Source of the DNA: Octopus vulgaris
Lineage: Eukaryota
Assembly: GCA_951406725.2 (NCBI GenBank)
Contig: OX597835.1
Coordinates: 11,656,001-11,720,000 of the forward strand
Direction of reading: 5' to 3'
DNA: 64,000 nucleotides
Shown here piece after piece: positions 14,419 to 27,635 of this stretch (position 1 is the stretch's first letter; every line of letters begins with the position of its first letter). The notes under the pieces are model-generated. The model saw only the letters and a list, made by a program, of their open reading frames with translations. It had not been told where the DNA came from and did not search any database. The position numbers were made by a program, and so were the translations under genes.

Positions 14419-14662
14419 TACACACACACACACACACACACATAATACAATAATACACACAATATAAAATACATAATACATACACATACACACACAACAA
14501 ACACACAAACAACACACACACAACATACATACACACAACAACAACAATAAAAAAATAAAAAACAAAACAAAAAAAAAAAAACAAAGAACAACAAACAAAA
14601 CAAAAAACCAAAAAACAAAAAAAAATAAACAAAAAAACACAAACAAAACAAAAAAAAAACCA

Positions 14663-14719
<57 letters not shown>

Positions 14720-14722
14720 CAC

Positions 14723-15247
<525 letters not shown>

Positions 15248-15310
15248 TATACATATATATGTAAATGTGTGTGTGTATGTATGTATGTGTGTATGTATGT
15301 ATGTATATAT

Positions 15311-15400
15311 AATATGAATTAGAGATAAAACCACTATTATGCAACTCAAACAGTGATAGTTTGACTTGCATTATAGCGGTTTTTATCTCTAATTCATATT
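15311..15400. repeat. ~90-bp palindrome; related sequence at 37512-37674
   Basis: AATATGAATTAGAGATAAAACC...GGTTTTTATCTCTAATTCATATT inverted arms. TAGTGGTTTTGTCTCTAATTAATATT recurs at ~37648. Confidence 0.65.
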
Positions 15401-15485
15401 TTACATATTTTATATTTTATATTTTATATATTTATACTAAATTGAATTTTTCCCTGTAAGTTTTCCAAATATTATTATTATTATT

Positions 15486-15830
15486 CTTCAGTAGTTTTAT
15501 TTTTATATCGTGCTTTCACTTCACTACCGAGCACAGCTCTGTGTGCCTTGGGTATGTGCTGTGATTTGTTGTGATGCTCTGATGGTTATTGTATGGAAAG
15601 GTCTATTTCCAGGTCTTTGTATTTTGAGAGTTTCTCCATTTCTTTTAGAGACACGTTGTCATCAGCCGGTATTGATACATCAATTAGAAAGCATTTTTTT
15701 TCTTCATGATCTCTGACAACTATATCTGGTCTGTTGGCCTTAATTTCTCTATCTGTGTGTATCGGCATATCCCAGAGTATGGTTGCTTTCTCGTTTTCTG
15801 TGACCTTTTCTGGTGTGTGCCTATACTATC
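15486..15830 (-). pseudogene. 3' end of an R4/Dong-like element: restriction-like endonuclease fragment plus 3'UTR, flanked by (AAT)n
   Basis: WDMPIHTDREIKANRPDIVVRDHEEKKCFLIDVSIPADDNVSLKEMEKLSKY contains the RPD..D..K..KY PD-(D/E)xK motif of RLE retrotransposons. Confidence 0.88.
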
Positions 15831-15839
15831 TTTTTATTA

Positions 15840-15910
<71 letters not shown>

Positions 15911-15911
<1 letters not shown>

Positions 15912-16466
15912 GAGTGAGAGAGCAGTTCATGCCATCAAAGTGACACTGGGGTAAAATATACGAAGCCCAATATACCCATCATGACTACCCGTCTGATAAA
16001 GGTACACCAGGCACATGCATCACAACCATATGTGCGCGACATGGTGATCTCATATCAAGATAAACAGCACATGACCTTGCAGGTGGGGCCCAGTTAGAAT
16101 GTTCTTCAGGTTGAGTAGCCCATCCCGCTCAAACGGTCCCTGAATAAGGGTTGTTTAAGGATGTTGAAAGAACCACCCATGTTTCCAGAGGTGAACTATT
16201 CAAACCCCAAAGAATCCCTCTCAACACATGGCTATGATGCTCCCCCACTACTTCAGCTCGGGATCAGAGATGCACATATCGTCAGCCACTAAGGGACATG
16301 CTCAACTGGTTACGGTCAAACAACTGACAAGCAAATCTGTGGTATTGAGCAGAATATTTGCTGTAGCCCATCTTTTATACCAAGACAAAACAATGTAAAT
16401 GATAATACTTCCAATCAGTTAAGATCAGAAGCCATGAGAGCCACTGCCTGGTACTGCATCAGGGCA
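15911..16466. mobile_element. Interspersed repeat 'E', second copy, between two (TTA)n tracts
   Basis: Reverse-complement homolog of 8455-9013, with (TTA)n immediately on both sides. Confidence 0.8.
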
Positions 16467-16541
<75 letters not shown>

Positions 16542-16782
16542 GAAATTTATTGGAAAGCAAAAAGACAAAGACAGAGTTAGGAGCGCGTCAGTAAAGCCTT
16601 GGGTTATTTCCATATGGCTCCGAACTTACCTGTTACATTCTCACCGAAAATCTCCCCGTAGTCAAATTTTGCTTTTCCATCTACCATGCTTGATAAAATA
16701 TATCACCACTGACACTTGTGCCTAAATCCCAAAGTAACAACCATCATCACCCACCACCACCACCACCACCACCACCACCACT

Positions 16783-16783
16783 C

Positions 16784-16834
<51 letters not shown>

Positions 16835-16867
16835 TTTCTACTACTACTACTACTACTACTACTATTT

Positions 16868-16903
<36 letters not shown>

Positions 16904-16904
16904 T

Positions 16905-16946
<42 letters not shown>

Positions 16947-17114
16947 TTTCTACTACTACTACTACTACTACTATTTCTACTACTACTACTACTACTACTA
17001 CTACTATTTCTACTACTACTACTACTACTACTACTATTTCTACTACTACTACTACTACTACTACTACTATTTCTACTACTACTACTACTACTACTACTAT
17101 TTCTACTACTACTA

Positions 17115-17147
<33 letters not shown>

Positions 17148-17342
17148 TTTCTACTACTACCACTACTACTACTACTACTATTTCTACTACTACTACTACT
17201 ACTACTACTACTATTTCTACTACTACTACTACTACTACTACTACTATTTCTACTACTACTACTACTACTACTTCTACTACTACTACTACTACCACTACTA
17301 CTACTACTACTACTACTATTTCTACTACTACTACTACTACTA
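16783..17342. repeat. (CTA)n microsatellite periodically interrupted by TTT
   Basis: Direct reading; the CTA-TTT-CTA interruption recurs roughly every 27-45 nt. Confidence 0.9.
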
Positions 17343-17377
17343 CACTTTGGAAGTCCATTTTGCCTAAAGCCAATTCT

Positions 17378-17640
17378 CATTATCTCTCCTCCTTACTGTT
17401 CATCATACTTTCTAAGGCGGAGGTATTGTTTTCAGTCGTGTTTTTTTTTTGTTTGTTCGTCCGTGGACAAGATATCTCATGAACCGCTCAGTGGATTCGG
17501 ATGAAACTTTCAGGGTTTTTTGGCCTCGTGACTGGCACGAACGGATTAGAATTTGGGATCGATCCGGTACCGAACAAGGATGCCGGATTATTTTTCCTGC
17601 TGTTTTTTTTTTTACTTAATTTTTCAGAGCGGTTGAGTTC
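17378..17640 (+). mobile_element. DINE-1/Helentron-like non-autonomous element fragment
   Basis: Short inverted pair CTCCTCCTT...AAGGCGGAG, a GTTT/GTCC repeat, GATATCTC and GGATTCGGATGAAACTT. This layout resembles HINE elements from memory and is unverified. Confidence 0.5.
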
Positions 17641-18145
17641 ATTTTGTTTTACACTATTTTTTATGAAGTGGTTTTACTGCTGTCTTCACTATTGCCTTCA
17701 TGGTTCGCTTTAATATCTCCTTCATGATTTGCGTGTAGGTTTGCGTGTCTATGATTATACAATCGGATATACAATCTACGTGAGTGTCTTTAAGAAACGT
17801 CCGGTTTAAAAAGCCACGTCAGATGCCATGATGGTTCTAAGGTGTAGGAACAGGAGGTGGTCAAACTCTGCATAAAGAGTAGACAACCACCATGTACGTA
17901 TATACGTATGTATGTGTTATCTATGTATGTATATACATACTGAATGTACGTATATATATGTGTGCGTGTATGTGTGTGTGTATGCACGTAAGTGTACCGT
18001 ATGTGAGTATGAATGTATCTTTAGCTATATCTACATGCATCATTGTACGTATATATGTATATGTATGTGTGTGTGTATGCACTAGGGTGTTACAAATATG
18101 TGTATCTGTATATGCATATATATATATGTACATATATATATGTAC

Positions 18146-18219
<74 letters not shown>

Positions 18220-19128
18220 TATGCAAAATTTAAAGGACTGACCACTAAAAGTGGACGGTCAACATGCTAGATATAGACGTCAAATCGCTATTTTCCACAA
18301 AGAATATGTTCTCAAATAAAAAACTCAATACAAACCAAAGCATTAAAAATTAGCAAGAGAAATGAAATATACGAAATAAAAATGATTACCTATATATATA
18401 TATATCTATGTATATATCTATATATATCTATATATATATATACACATACACACATGAACTCACAACTCTCTCTCACATAAACACCTATACATTACATCCA
18501 CATATATACATATATAGATGTAGATATATATATGTATGTATGTGTATAAGGAATGCGTACATAGAATTGATAGCTGAAAGCACCAGTAACACTACAAAAA
18601 TACTTAGCTATACAAACCGCAAAAACTGAATACGATAATTAAACAAAATGGCGAGATCATGGAAGGTGTCTAGACTTATTGTTATACGATTGTAGGCAGG
18701 TCTTTTCTGGAAACCCCCCCAAAAATGCAACCGCTCTGAAAAATTAAGTAAAAAATAAAAAGCAGGAAAAATAATCCGGAATCTTTGTTATCGTGGGGTT
18801 TGTTTGATAGCGTTTAACTGCGAGAATGCGGAATGGCATGGTTGTTTTAGGATAAACTTTGGTAAGTCACATCGTTTCCAGTCAAATCATGTCGGCCAGT
18901 TAGTCAAAGAAATAGGTTTTCCTGTTTGCTAGTCGGTCGAAACAATAGGCAAGGCCTAGTTACTGCATCCCTTGGTTGGTAGCCTGTATATTTCTATGTA
19001 CGTATATACACTTCATTATACACCCATACAAGTATGTATGTATGTATGTATGTATGTATGTATGTATGTATGTATGTATGTATGCATGTATGTATGTATG
19101 TATGTATGTATATATGTATGCATGTATG

Positions 19129-19180
<52 letters not shown>

Positions 19181-19269
19181 TTACTTGGAAAATGATGCGT
19201 GGTGTTCGATCATATAATAATATAAATAATATATAAATATATGCATATATAGAAGCATATATGTACATA

Positions 19270-19324
<55 letters not shown>

Positions 19325-19895
19325 GCATATATGGGTACAGGGCATCAAAAACCTGGAACACAATGCGAAACGAAGACATAAAAACAAAAACATAGAAACT
19401 AACTTTTTTTCGAACAACGAAAAAAACGAACAAAGAAACGAGACATACAACACAAGGAATATTCCCCTTCTTCAGTTGTCCCAGTTTCATCGACTCCGCG
19501 TTCGAAGGTAAGGACAAGACGCGACGTCGTTGAAACAGTCCTTCCCGCAAATTTTTAAATAAAATTTTGGAATTTTTGCAGAGTGGTAACAAGAACAGGA
19601 CAGTAGGAGCAAAACAGTAAAAACAAACGATGGGGGCTTTTAAGCGAAGACGATGGAAAAATTATTCTCAACGCTTAAGGAGACAGCTTATGAAAGGGAC
19701 AGGTTAAGCTAGTCTGGTCTTAGTGAAGATAACAGTTGGAAAGATGTCTTCCCTCTGATCATGTGTCAGTGAAGAGAGAGTCGAGGGGGAGGAGGAGTAA
19801 CAGAAAGGAAACGGTGAAGAGGAGAGGAGAAGAATAGGCAAGGGTGAGGGAGAAAACCAGAGAAAACCATGTATATATATATATATGTAAATATA

Positions 19896-20002
<107 letters not shown>

Positions 20003-20322
20003 ATTCTTCTGTGTCCGTAGAGATTATAAAATACATGAGAGAAATAAAATGGAATTGACGAGATTCTTTATTATTCACAACGATCGTTTCGACCAATCGA
20101 GTACCGGTACCTCACGGGTGAGATGCTGTGCAAACAGTTGTTGTGCATCGAAGGTGGCTGGTGTGTTTCATCAGGTGACTTACCAAAATAGACTTCGTTT
20201 ATTAATCTCCGTTTTCGCTTACTTTTATCAAATTATATTTTGGTAGTCGTGTGTTATGTGTTTACACGAAGAACTGTGCTAGTGAATATAAGGCGGAGGA
20301 TCATAGATCAACTCTGGGGTGT

Positions 20323-20390
<68 letters not shown>

Positions 20391-20492
20391 ACCCAGGGAA
20401 CAGGAACAAGATTGACATCGACAGATATTGGAATCAAGTAGTTAATTAAGATGCAAAAGATAAGAGCAGAAAAGATGTCTACTTAATTTCTG

Positions 20493-20528
<36 letters not shown>

Positions 20529-20671
20529 ACACAAATATATCTCTGTCAATTAATGTCATAATGCATCATTATATGGCTGTGTGTTCGTGTGTGTAATGAT
20601 ATCCATCGATATACATGTATATGTGGGTAACTCTATACTACGGATGTGCTGTCATATTTTCTATATGTGTA

Positions 20672-20711
<40 letters not shown>

Positions 20712-20714
<3 letters not shown>

Positions 20715-20745
20715 GAGAGAGAGAGAGAGAGAGAGATAGACAGAC

Positions 20746-20786
<41 letters not shown>

Positions 20787-20787
20787 T

Positions 20788-20836
<49 letters not shown>

Positions 20837-20837
20837 G

Positions 20838-20910
<73 letters not shown>
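20712..20910. repeat. (GA)n/(GATA)n microsatellite
   Basis: Direct reading. Confidence 0.95.
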
Positions 20911-20911
<1 letters not shown>

Positions 20912-21262
20912 GTTATAAAATAGAAAAAATCAGAAATTTTGTAATTACAGTCACACAGGGTTTACCGGTCGAAATAATAATTTATTTCGCTATTTATCAA
21001 GCTGAAAAGAAAACCGTTTGTCAGTTGTCTTTTCAGTAGATAATGTTTAAACAAGAGACGCTTGTAAAGAAGACAAACTATAAAAACGTAAGAGATAATC
21101 AACGTTGCAAGGATTCGATGTGAAACTGACATAAACCAGATGTTAATGGTTTGCTAAGTATCCGGTCGTCTGCTTTTAAATTCCGACGAGATGTATCTCC
21201 AGAAATGAGGACACAGAAAAAAAATCTCGTTCTTGGGTAGATGGAATTACGAGATTTGAGAT

Positions 21263-21721
21263 TGCGTTCAATTATTCTCTAACGATCACCATAAAATACC
21301 CTTTGTTTCTGATGGGATTCTTATAAAAGGATGCGTGCAGATAAGATCCTGATGTGTATAGGTTTCTGGTCGTACAATGCTAGTTGCTAAGCACATTATA
21401 TCTAAGCTGTGCTGTTAAATTCTAAAGATCAGTGGGCGTCTGTGTGTGTACGTATCATATAAAATATAAGGTGGACAAACATATAATGTCCACGTTATAT
21501 TTTATATGATACGTTCACACACAGATGCACAGTGATCTTTAGAACGTAACAGCACAGCTTAGAATAATATTCTTAGTAACCAGAATCGACCCAAACACTT
21601 AAGCTTGTATGACCACAAAACTATACACATCAGGATCTTATCTGCACGCATATTTTTTTTCAGAATCCCATCAGAAGCAAAGGGTATTTTATGGCGATCG
21701 TTAAAAAAATAATTGAACACA
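21263..21721. mobile_element. Fold-back/MITE-like element with ~210-240-bp imperfect arms and a 9-nt loop
   Basis: ATGCGTGCAGATAAGATCCTGATGTGTATAG pairs with CTATACACATCAGGATCTTATCTGCACGCAT. The centre is GTGGACA-aacatataa-TGTCCAC. Confidence 0.85.
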
Positions 21722-22343
21722 GTATCATCTTAACAATAACATACTTTTTTGAACTGAATCATATGTTGTGGGTAACAATGACCGTAATCTTAATATCGTC
21801 AAGAGATATGATATCATTTTTCCCTTTACACTAGATCCCATTACTCAATTGCTATTCAGAAAATATTCTGAAGTTCATTCACAGAAGACGTTAGTCCTAT
21901 AAATATTGTAAGCCTACCACCTTCGTACATCACTAACAAGGGTATATATCTGCATATCCGTGCTTATATCAGCTTGTAAAGTTCGTTATGTTTTCTGCCT
22001 TTTTTCTATTCTTGAACTATCTCACATCTTTAATCCGTTTCTCAACTTCATACACTTTCACCATGATGTGTATCACTGATAAAAATTGTTTCGGTTTAAG
22101 CTTTGATTTGGTTACCATTTTTCACAGGCTTCCATTCTAGCACCAAGTAATAGAGCAATACCGAAGTGGTAAGATCATTCTTTGACAATTTACCAAATTG
22201 TTTTCTTACTCTATTCTTTGATGTATATGGCATATTATTATTGAAAGTGGTGTATAGTCTGTACTCGCCAATAGATTTGCACACACACACTACACCATGC
22301 TCACACACACTACACCATGCTCACACACACACACTACACCATG

Positions 22344-22388
<45 letters not shown>

Positions 22389-22588
22389 TACTACATATAT
22401 AAATTGCCTGATAATATTTGTATTGCAGCAACAATTTTTTATTATATATATATAATTTTCAATTATAATTTGCCTTCGTAAAAATGTGTTGCCGTCATGG
22501 AGATTCTTATAGTAGCAGAAAAGGAAATTTAGCTCCGATTTCTAAATTCGGTATGTGGAGAAGCAATTAGCTGAACCCTAATTACAAT

Positions 22589-22625
<37 letters not shown>

Positions 22626-22770
22626 ATGTGTGTAGAGAGAGAGAGAGAGGGAGAGAGAGAGAGTTTACGCAAAAAAACAAAAGACGAAGACAGGTGGTGT
22701 ACAAAACAAACAGATGTATTAGTATAACGCTCAGGAATAAAAAATGTCTTTTACGTTTCGAGCCTACGCT

Positions 22771-22825
<55 letters not shown>

Positions 22826-22982
22826 CAAAGTTGAGTTGTGGGGTATCGCACGAGTGGAATTATATACGAAAGAAGGTTTGAAAATGCAATTTAAAAGATG
22901 TTAACTTAACCGGTTTCACTCTTTGGAAAAAGATTGTCAAAAGTAACATAGAATATTATGAATTCAAAAACGTTTTTTACAT

Positions 22983-23272
22983 AATTGTCACATATAACAT
23001 GTATATATACAGTCTTTGGTAACAGGGACATGTTAAGGACATAAAGAAGTACAACAGTGTGATGAGAATATTTGAAAAAATGGGCAGAAAAGAATAAAAC
23101 AAATATATTATTGGAAGTTTGGTTGCGTTAATTATTGGTTGTTGCAAATTGCCACATTACATGTATATAAACAGTCTTTGGTAACAAGGACATGCTAATG
23201 ACATAAGAAAGTACAACAGTATGATGAGAATATTTGAAAAAATGGGCAGAAAAGATTAAAATGAATATATTA
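22983..23272. repeat. Two diverged ~125-bp direct repeats (22983-23110 and 23147-23272)
   Basis: Both copies contain ACAGTCTTTGGTAACA and TGATGAGAATATTTGAAAAAATGGGCAGAAAAGA. Confidence 0.85.
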
Positions 23273-23293
23273 TACATCTCAGGGTCAGTATAC

Positions 23294-23324
<31 letters not shown>

Positions 23325-24256
23325 TGTATGTATGTATGTATGTATGTATGCATGTATGTATGTATGCATGTATGTGTGTGTGCGCGTGTGTGTGTTTGTG
23401 GTTTTTTTTGTGTGTGTATGTGTACCATGTTAACTTTGCCTCGCAGTGTTGCTAAGGTTTATGCTTCGCTGAGGAAGTCTAACACGTCAGAAACATGTCC
23501 CACCACTTTAGTCACACTCTATTTTTAATTAGTTTTCTTTAATTAAAATCCAGATGTATGTTTCCTGTCTTTGGTGATTTGAATTAACCACTAAACAAAC
23601 GACTCTTTCTCCTAATAATGGCTCTGCTTTTAATTAACTCGTATATAAATATGCCATGTTCCTAAAAATGGCAATATTTTTAATTAACCACTTGATAAAT
23701 AAGTCTTGCTCCTAACGATGGTTATTTATAATTAATGAAGATGATTATGGATTCATACTCTTAGGATATATATATATATATAGACACACACACACACACA
23801 CGCCCTACCTCGTCGTAATTAAGCTGAAAGCGCTGAATATGAGTAACTTAAAAACTTGTATTTTTTTCTCTGGAAAGAGAAGTACATCAAAAAAAATGTG
23901 AAGTGTAACAAAACTTTTAATATGATACGATTGCAATACAGCGTATTGATGAAAGTTTTATTTTCTTTTTTGCTTCTTTGTGAGAAATGTGAAATTTCAG
24001 ACCGAATGTTCAGACAATGGAAGAATACATGTCTATTTGCTTGTTTGCTTTATTATTTTTTTTTTTTTTCATAAAAAAAAAATCTTTCTTTTTCTAAAAA
24101 CAAATTAAATGCAATGACTTTATCCGACATCGTAACCAATCACCTTTAACATTATCAGCGTCACAAAGACGAGCGGAATACCAGTCACTGCTATTCTCCT
24201 TCACCACCACCACTACCACCACCACCACCAACACCACCACCAACACCAAAACCATC

Positions 24257-24288
<32 letters not shown>

Positions 24289-25046
24289 CACCACCACCAC
24301 CACCAGCAACAACAACAACAAAACAACAGCAACAACAACACCACCACCAACAACAACACCACCACCACCAAAAAGAACAACAACAGCAGCAGTGGCAGCG
24401 ACATTAGGAGCATTATAATCTCCACCACTCTATACCACCACCACCACCGCCACCACCGCCACCGTCGCCGCTACCGCCGCCGTCGCAGCCACTACAACGT
24501 ACATCAAAGTCAAAACTCATCTCCGAGTCTTTTGCAATCTTTTTGATAATACTTTAATCTAATCTACACCGCACTGAATGGCTGCGTCGATGGTTTACGA
24601 TCTACTTGCATAGAACTTGATGTTTGTAGTGATTATTGGTATTCTGTGAACTTTCAATTTCCATTTTGCTTTTAGTCGTTTTTCACACTTCTTATACAGC
24701 TTATTGCATTAGTATAAGCACTTGAAAACAGCATTAGATTAAAGTAATAATGTGTATAATATTCATAACGCATATATCCTTGTAGAACGACACTAGTGCA
24801 AATACTTTCTCTCAAAGAAAACTTCTCAAAGAGATTTGTGTATTAATAAACACAAAAGTTTTTCAGAAGGTCATGAGCAAATCATCAAACACCAGTGTTT
24901 CGGTCTGATTTAGTCCCCTAAGTGACGAATACACCGGAAATTTTTAGTGAAGTCGAAAACGTATTTCTTACGGTATAGAAACATGTAAACAAAGCATTTA
25001 CTGATTTGCGCAAACGCTGCTGGGCTAAATTAAGCAAGAAGCAAAT

Positions 25047-25222
25047 CTTGGCACAAGGCCACCAATTTCGAACTAGTTCGTAAGTCGGTTACATCGACCA
25101 TCTGGTACTTATTTTATCAACCCCAACAGGATGAAATGATAAGTTGATCTCGGTGGAATATGAACTCAGAACGTTAAGGACGGACGAAATGCTGCTAAAC
25201 GTTTTGTCCGGCATGCAAACGC
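25047..25222 (-). mobile_element. SINE family B, old-tail diverged copy
   Basis: GGCACAAGGCC tail, ACATCGACC, GGATGAAA core and CCGCCTT head end. Confidence 0.75.
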
Positions 25223-25366
25223 TTCTTTCAGCTCTCCGCCTTAAATTAGATAATGCATGTAATTTTGTCCCATGCAATAACAATTCTGGCAATGCACAAT
25301 ATAGGGCTAAAATCAAATTAATATACAAATTGGAAACTGCATTAAATTAAGATAAAGTTGTACATA

Positions 25367-25530
25367 GCGCAGGAGTGGCTGTGTGGTAAGTAGCTTGCTT
25401 ACGAACCACATGGTTCCGGGTTCAGTCCCACTGCGTGGCATCTTGGGCAAGTGTCTTCTGCTATAGCCCCGGGCCGACCAATGCCTTGTGAGCGGATTTG
25501 GTAGACGGAAACTGAAAGAAGCCCGTCGTA

Positions 25531-25577
<47 letters not shown>

Positions 25578-25780
25578 TTGTGTGTCTGTGTTTGTCCCCC
25601 TAGCATTGCTTGACAACCGATGCTGGTGTGTTTACGTCCCCGTCACCTAGCGGTTCGGCAAAAGAGACCGATAGAATAAGTACTGGGCTTACAAAGAATA
25701 AGTCCCAGGTGTCGATTTGCTCGACTAAAGGCGGTGCTCCAGCATGGCCGCAGTCAAATGACTGAAACAAGTAAAAGAGT
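25367..25780 (+). mobile_element. tRNA-derived SINE, family C, with an internal (TA)n(TG)n microsatellite
   Basis: A-box TGGCTGTGTGG and B-box GGTTCAGTCCC, ending in a GTAAAAGA tail. Multiple homologs in the window. Confidence 0.92.
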
Positions 25781-25986
25781 ATAGCATTTCCAACACGAAT
25801 ATAGAAGAGTAGTACGGCTCTATCTGTTAGAATTTTGTCTCAGTGATAAAACACCTAGAACTCTCTAGAAGGTCATTGGTAAATCACCAGATTCTGTGAT
25901 TCGCCGACGGCATTCCGAACGAGTCTCTCTGGGGCAAATTACTGCACGTTTTTATATGAATTATAAACACATCATTATTGAATAAC

Positions 25987-27503
25987 TATTTCTTTATTAC
26001 CCACAAGGGGCTAAACATAGAGGGGACAAACAAGGACAGACATAGTATTAAGTCGATTACATCGACCCCAGTGCGTAACTCGTGCTTAATTTATCGACCC
26101 CGAAAGGATGGAAGGCAAAGTCGACCTCGACGGAATTTGAACCCACAACGTAACGGCAGATGAAATACCTATTTCTTTATTACCCACAAGGGGCTAAACA
26201 TAGAGGGGACAAACAATGACAGACATAGGTATTAAGTCGATTACATCGACCCCAGTGCGTAACTGGTACTTAATTTATCGACCCCGAAAGAATGAAAGGC
26301 AAAGTCGACCTCGACGGAATTTGAACTCACAACGTAACGGCAGATAAAATACCTATTTCTTTATTACCCACAAGGGGCTAAACATAGAGGGGACAAACAA
26401 GGACAGATATAGGTATTAAGTCGATTACATCGACTCCAGTGCGTGACTCGTGCTTAATTTATCGACCCCGAAAGGATGGAAGGCAAAGTCGACCTCGACG
26501 GAATTTGAACTCACAACGTAACGGCAGATGAAATACCTATTTCTTTATTACCCACAAGGGGCTAAATATAGAGGGGAAAACAAGGACAGACATAGGTATT
26601 AAGTCGATTACATCGACCCCAGTGCGTAACTGGTACTTAATTTATCGACCCCGAAAGAATGAAAGGCAAAGTCCACCTCGACGGAATTTGAACTCACAAC
26701 GTAACGGCAGATGAAATACCTATTTCTTTATTACCCACAAGGGGCTAAACATAGAGGGGACAAACAAGGACAGACATAGGTATTAAGTCGATTACATCGA
26801 CCCCAGTGCGTAACTGGTACTTAATTTATCGACCCCGAAAGGATGAAAGGCAAAGTCGACCTCGACGGAATTTGAACTCACAACGTAACGGCAGATGAAA
26901 TACCTATTTCTTTATTACCCACAAGGGGCTAAACACAGAGGGGACAAACAAGGACAGATATAGGTATTAAGTCGATGACATCGACCCCAGTGCGTAACTG
27001 GTACTTAATTTATCGACCCCGAAAGAATGAAAGGCAAAGTCTACCTCGACGGAATTTGAACTCACAACGTAACGGCAGATGAAATACCTATTTCTTTATT
27101 ACCCACAAGGGGCTAAACATAGAGGGGACTAATAAAGACAGACATAGGTATTAAGTCGATTACATCGACCCCAGTGCGTAACTGGTACTTAATTTATCGA
27201 CTCCGAAAGAATGAAAGGCAAAGTCGACCTCGACGGAATTTGAACTCACAACGTAACGGCAGATGAAATACCTATTTCTTTATTACCCACAAGGGGCTAA
27301 ACACAGAGGGGACAAACAAGGACAGACATAGGTATTAAGTCGATTACATCGACCCCAGTGCGTAACTGGTACTTAATTTATCGACCCCGAAAGGATGAAA
27401 GGCAAAGTCGACCTCGACGGAATTTGAACTCACAACGTAGCGGCAGATGAAATACCGCTAGGTATTTGGACCGGCGTGTTAACGTTTCTGCCAGGTCACC
27501 GTT
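25987..27503 (-). repeat. Tandem array of 8 SINE-B-derived units (period 183-184 bp); only the last unit carries the head
   Basis: Unit starts at 25987, 26170, 26354, 26538, 26721, 26905, 27089 and 27273. Flanked by the direct repeat ATTATTGAATAAC at 25974-25986 and 27504-27516. Confidence 0.95.
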
Positions 27504-27635
27504 ATTATTGAATAACGTTTACATCACTTTACACCATGACTATACTTTTGTTCATTCTTGTTCTTTTAATTCGTCTTTCATCACTTCTTCTTTCCATGTT
27601 GAAATCATTTCAATCGTATCATCTATTTGCGTTTG

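Noticed and set aside
22283-22346. Three tandem copies of CACACACACTACACCATGCT
   Set aside because: Ordinary slippage within a (CA)n tract.
23465-23502. Hammerhead-like CTGAGGA...GAAACATGTC
   Set aside because: Stem II and stem I do not pair convincingly; at best a decayed remnant.
25987-27503. CRISPR array or hammerhead retrozyme array
   Set aside because: There are no unique spacers and the context is eukaryotic. I found no CTGANGA...GAAA core in the unit, and the units are clearly SINE-derived.
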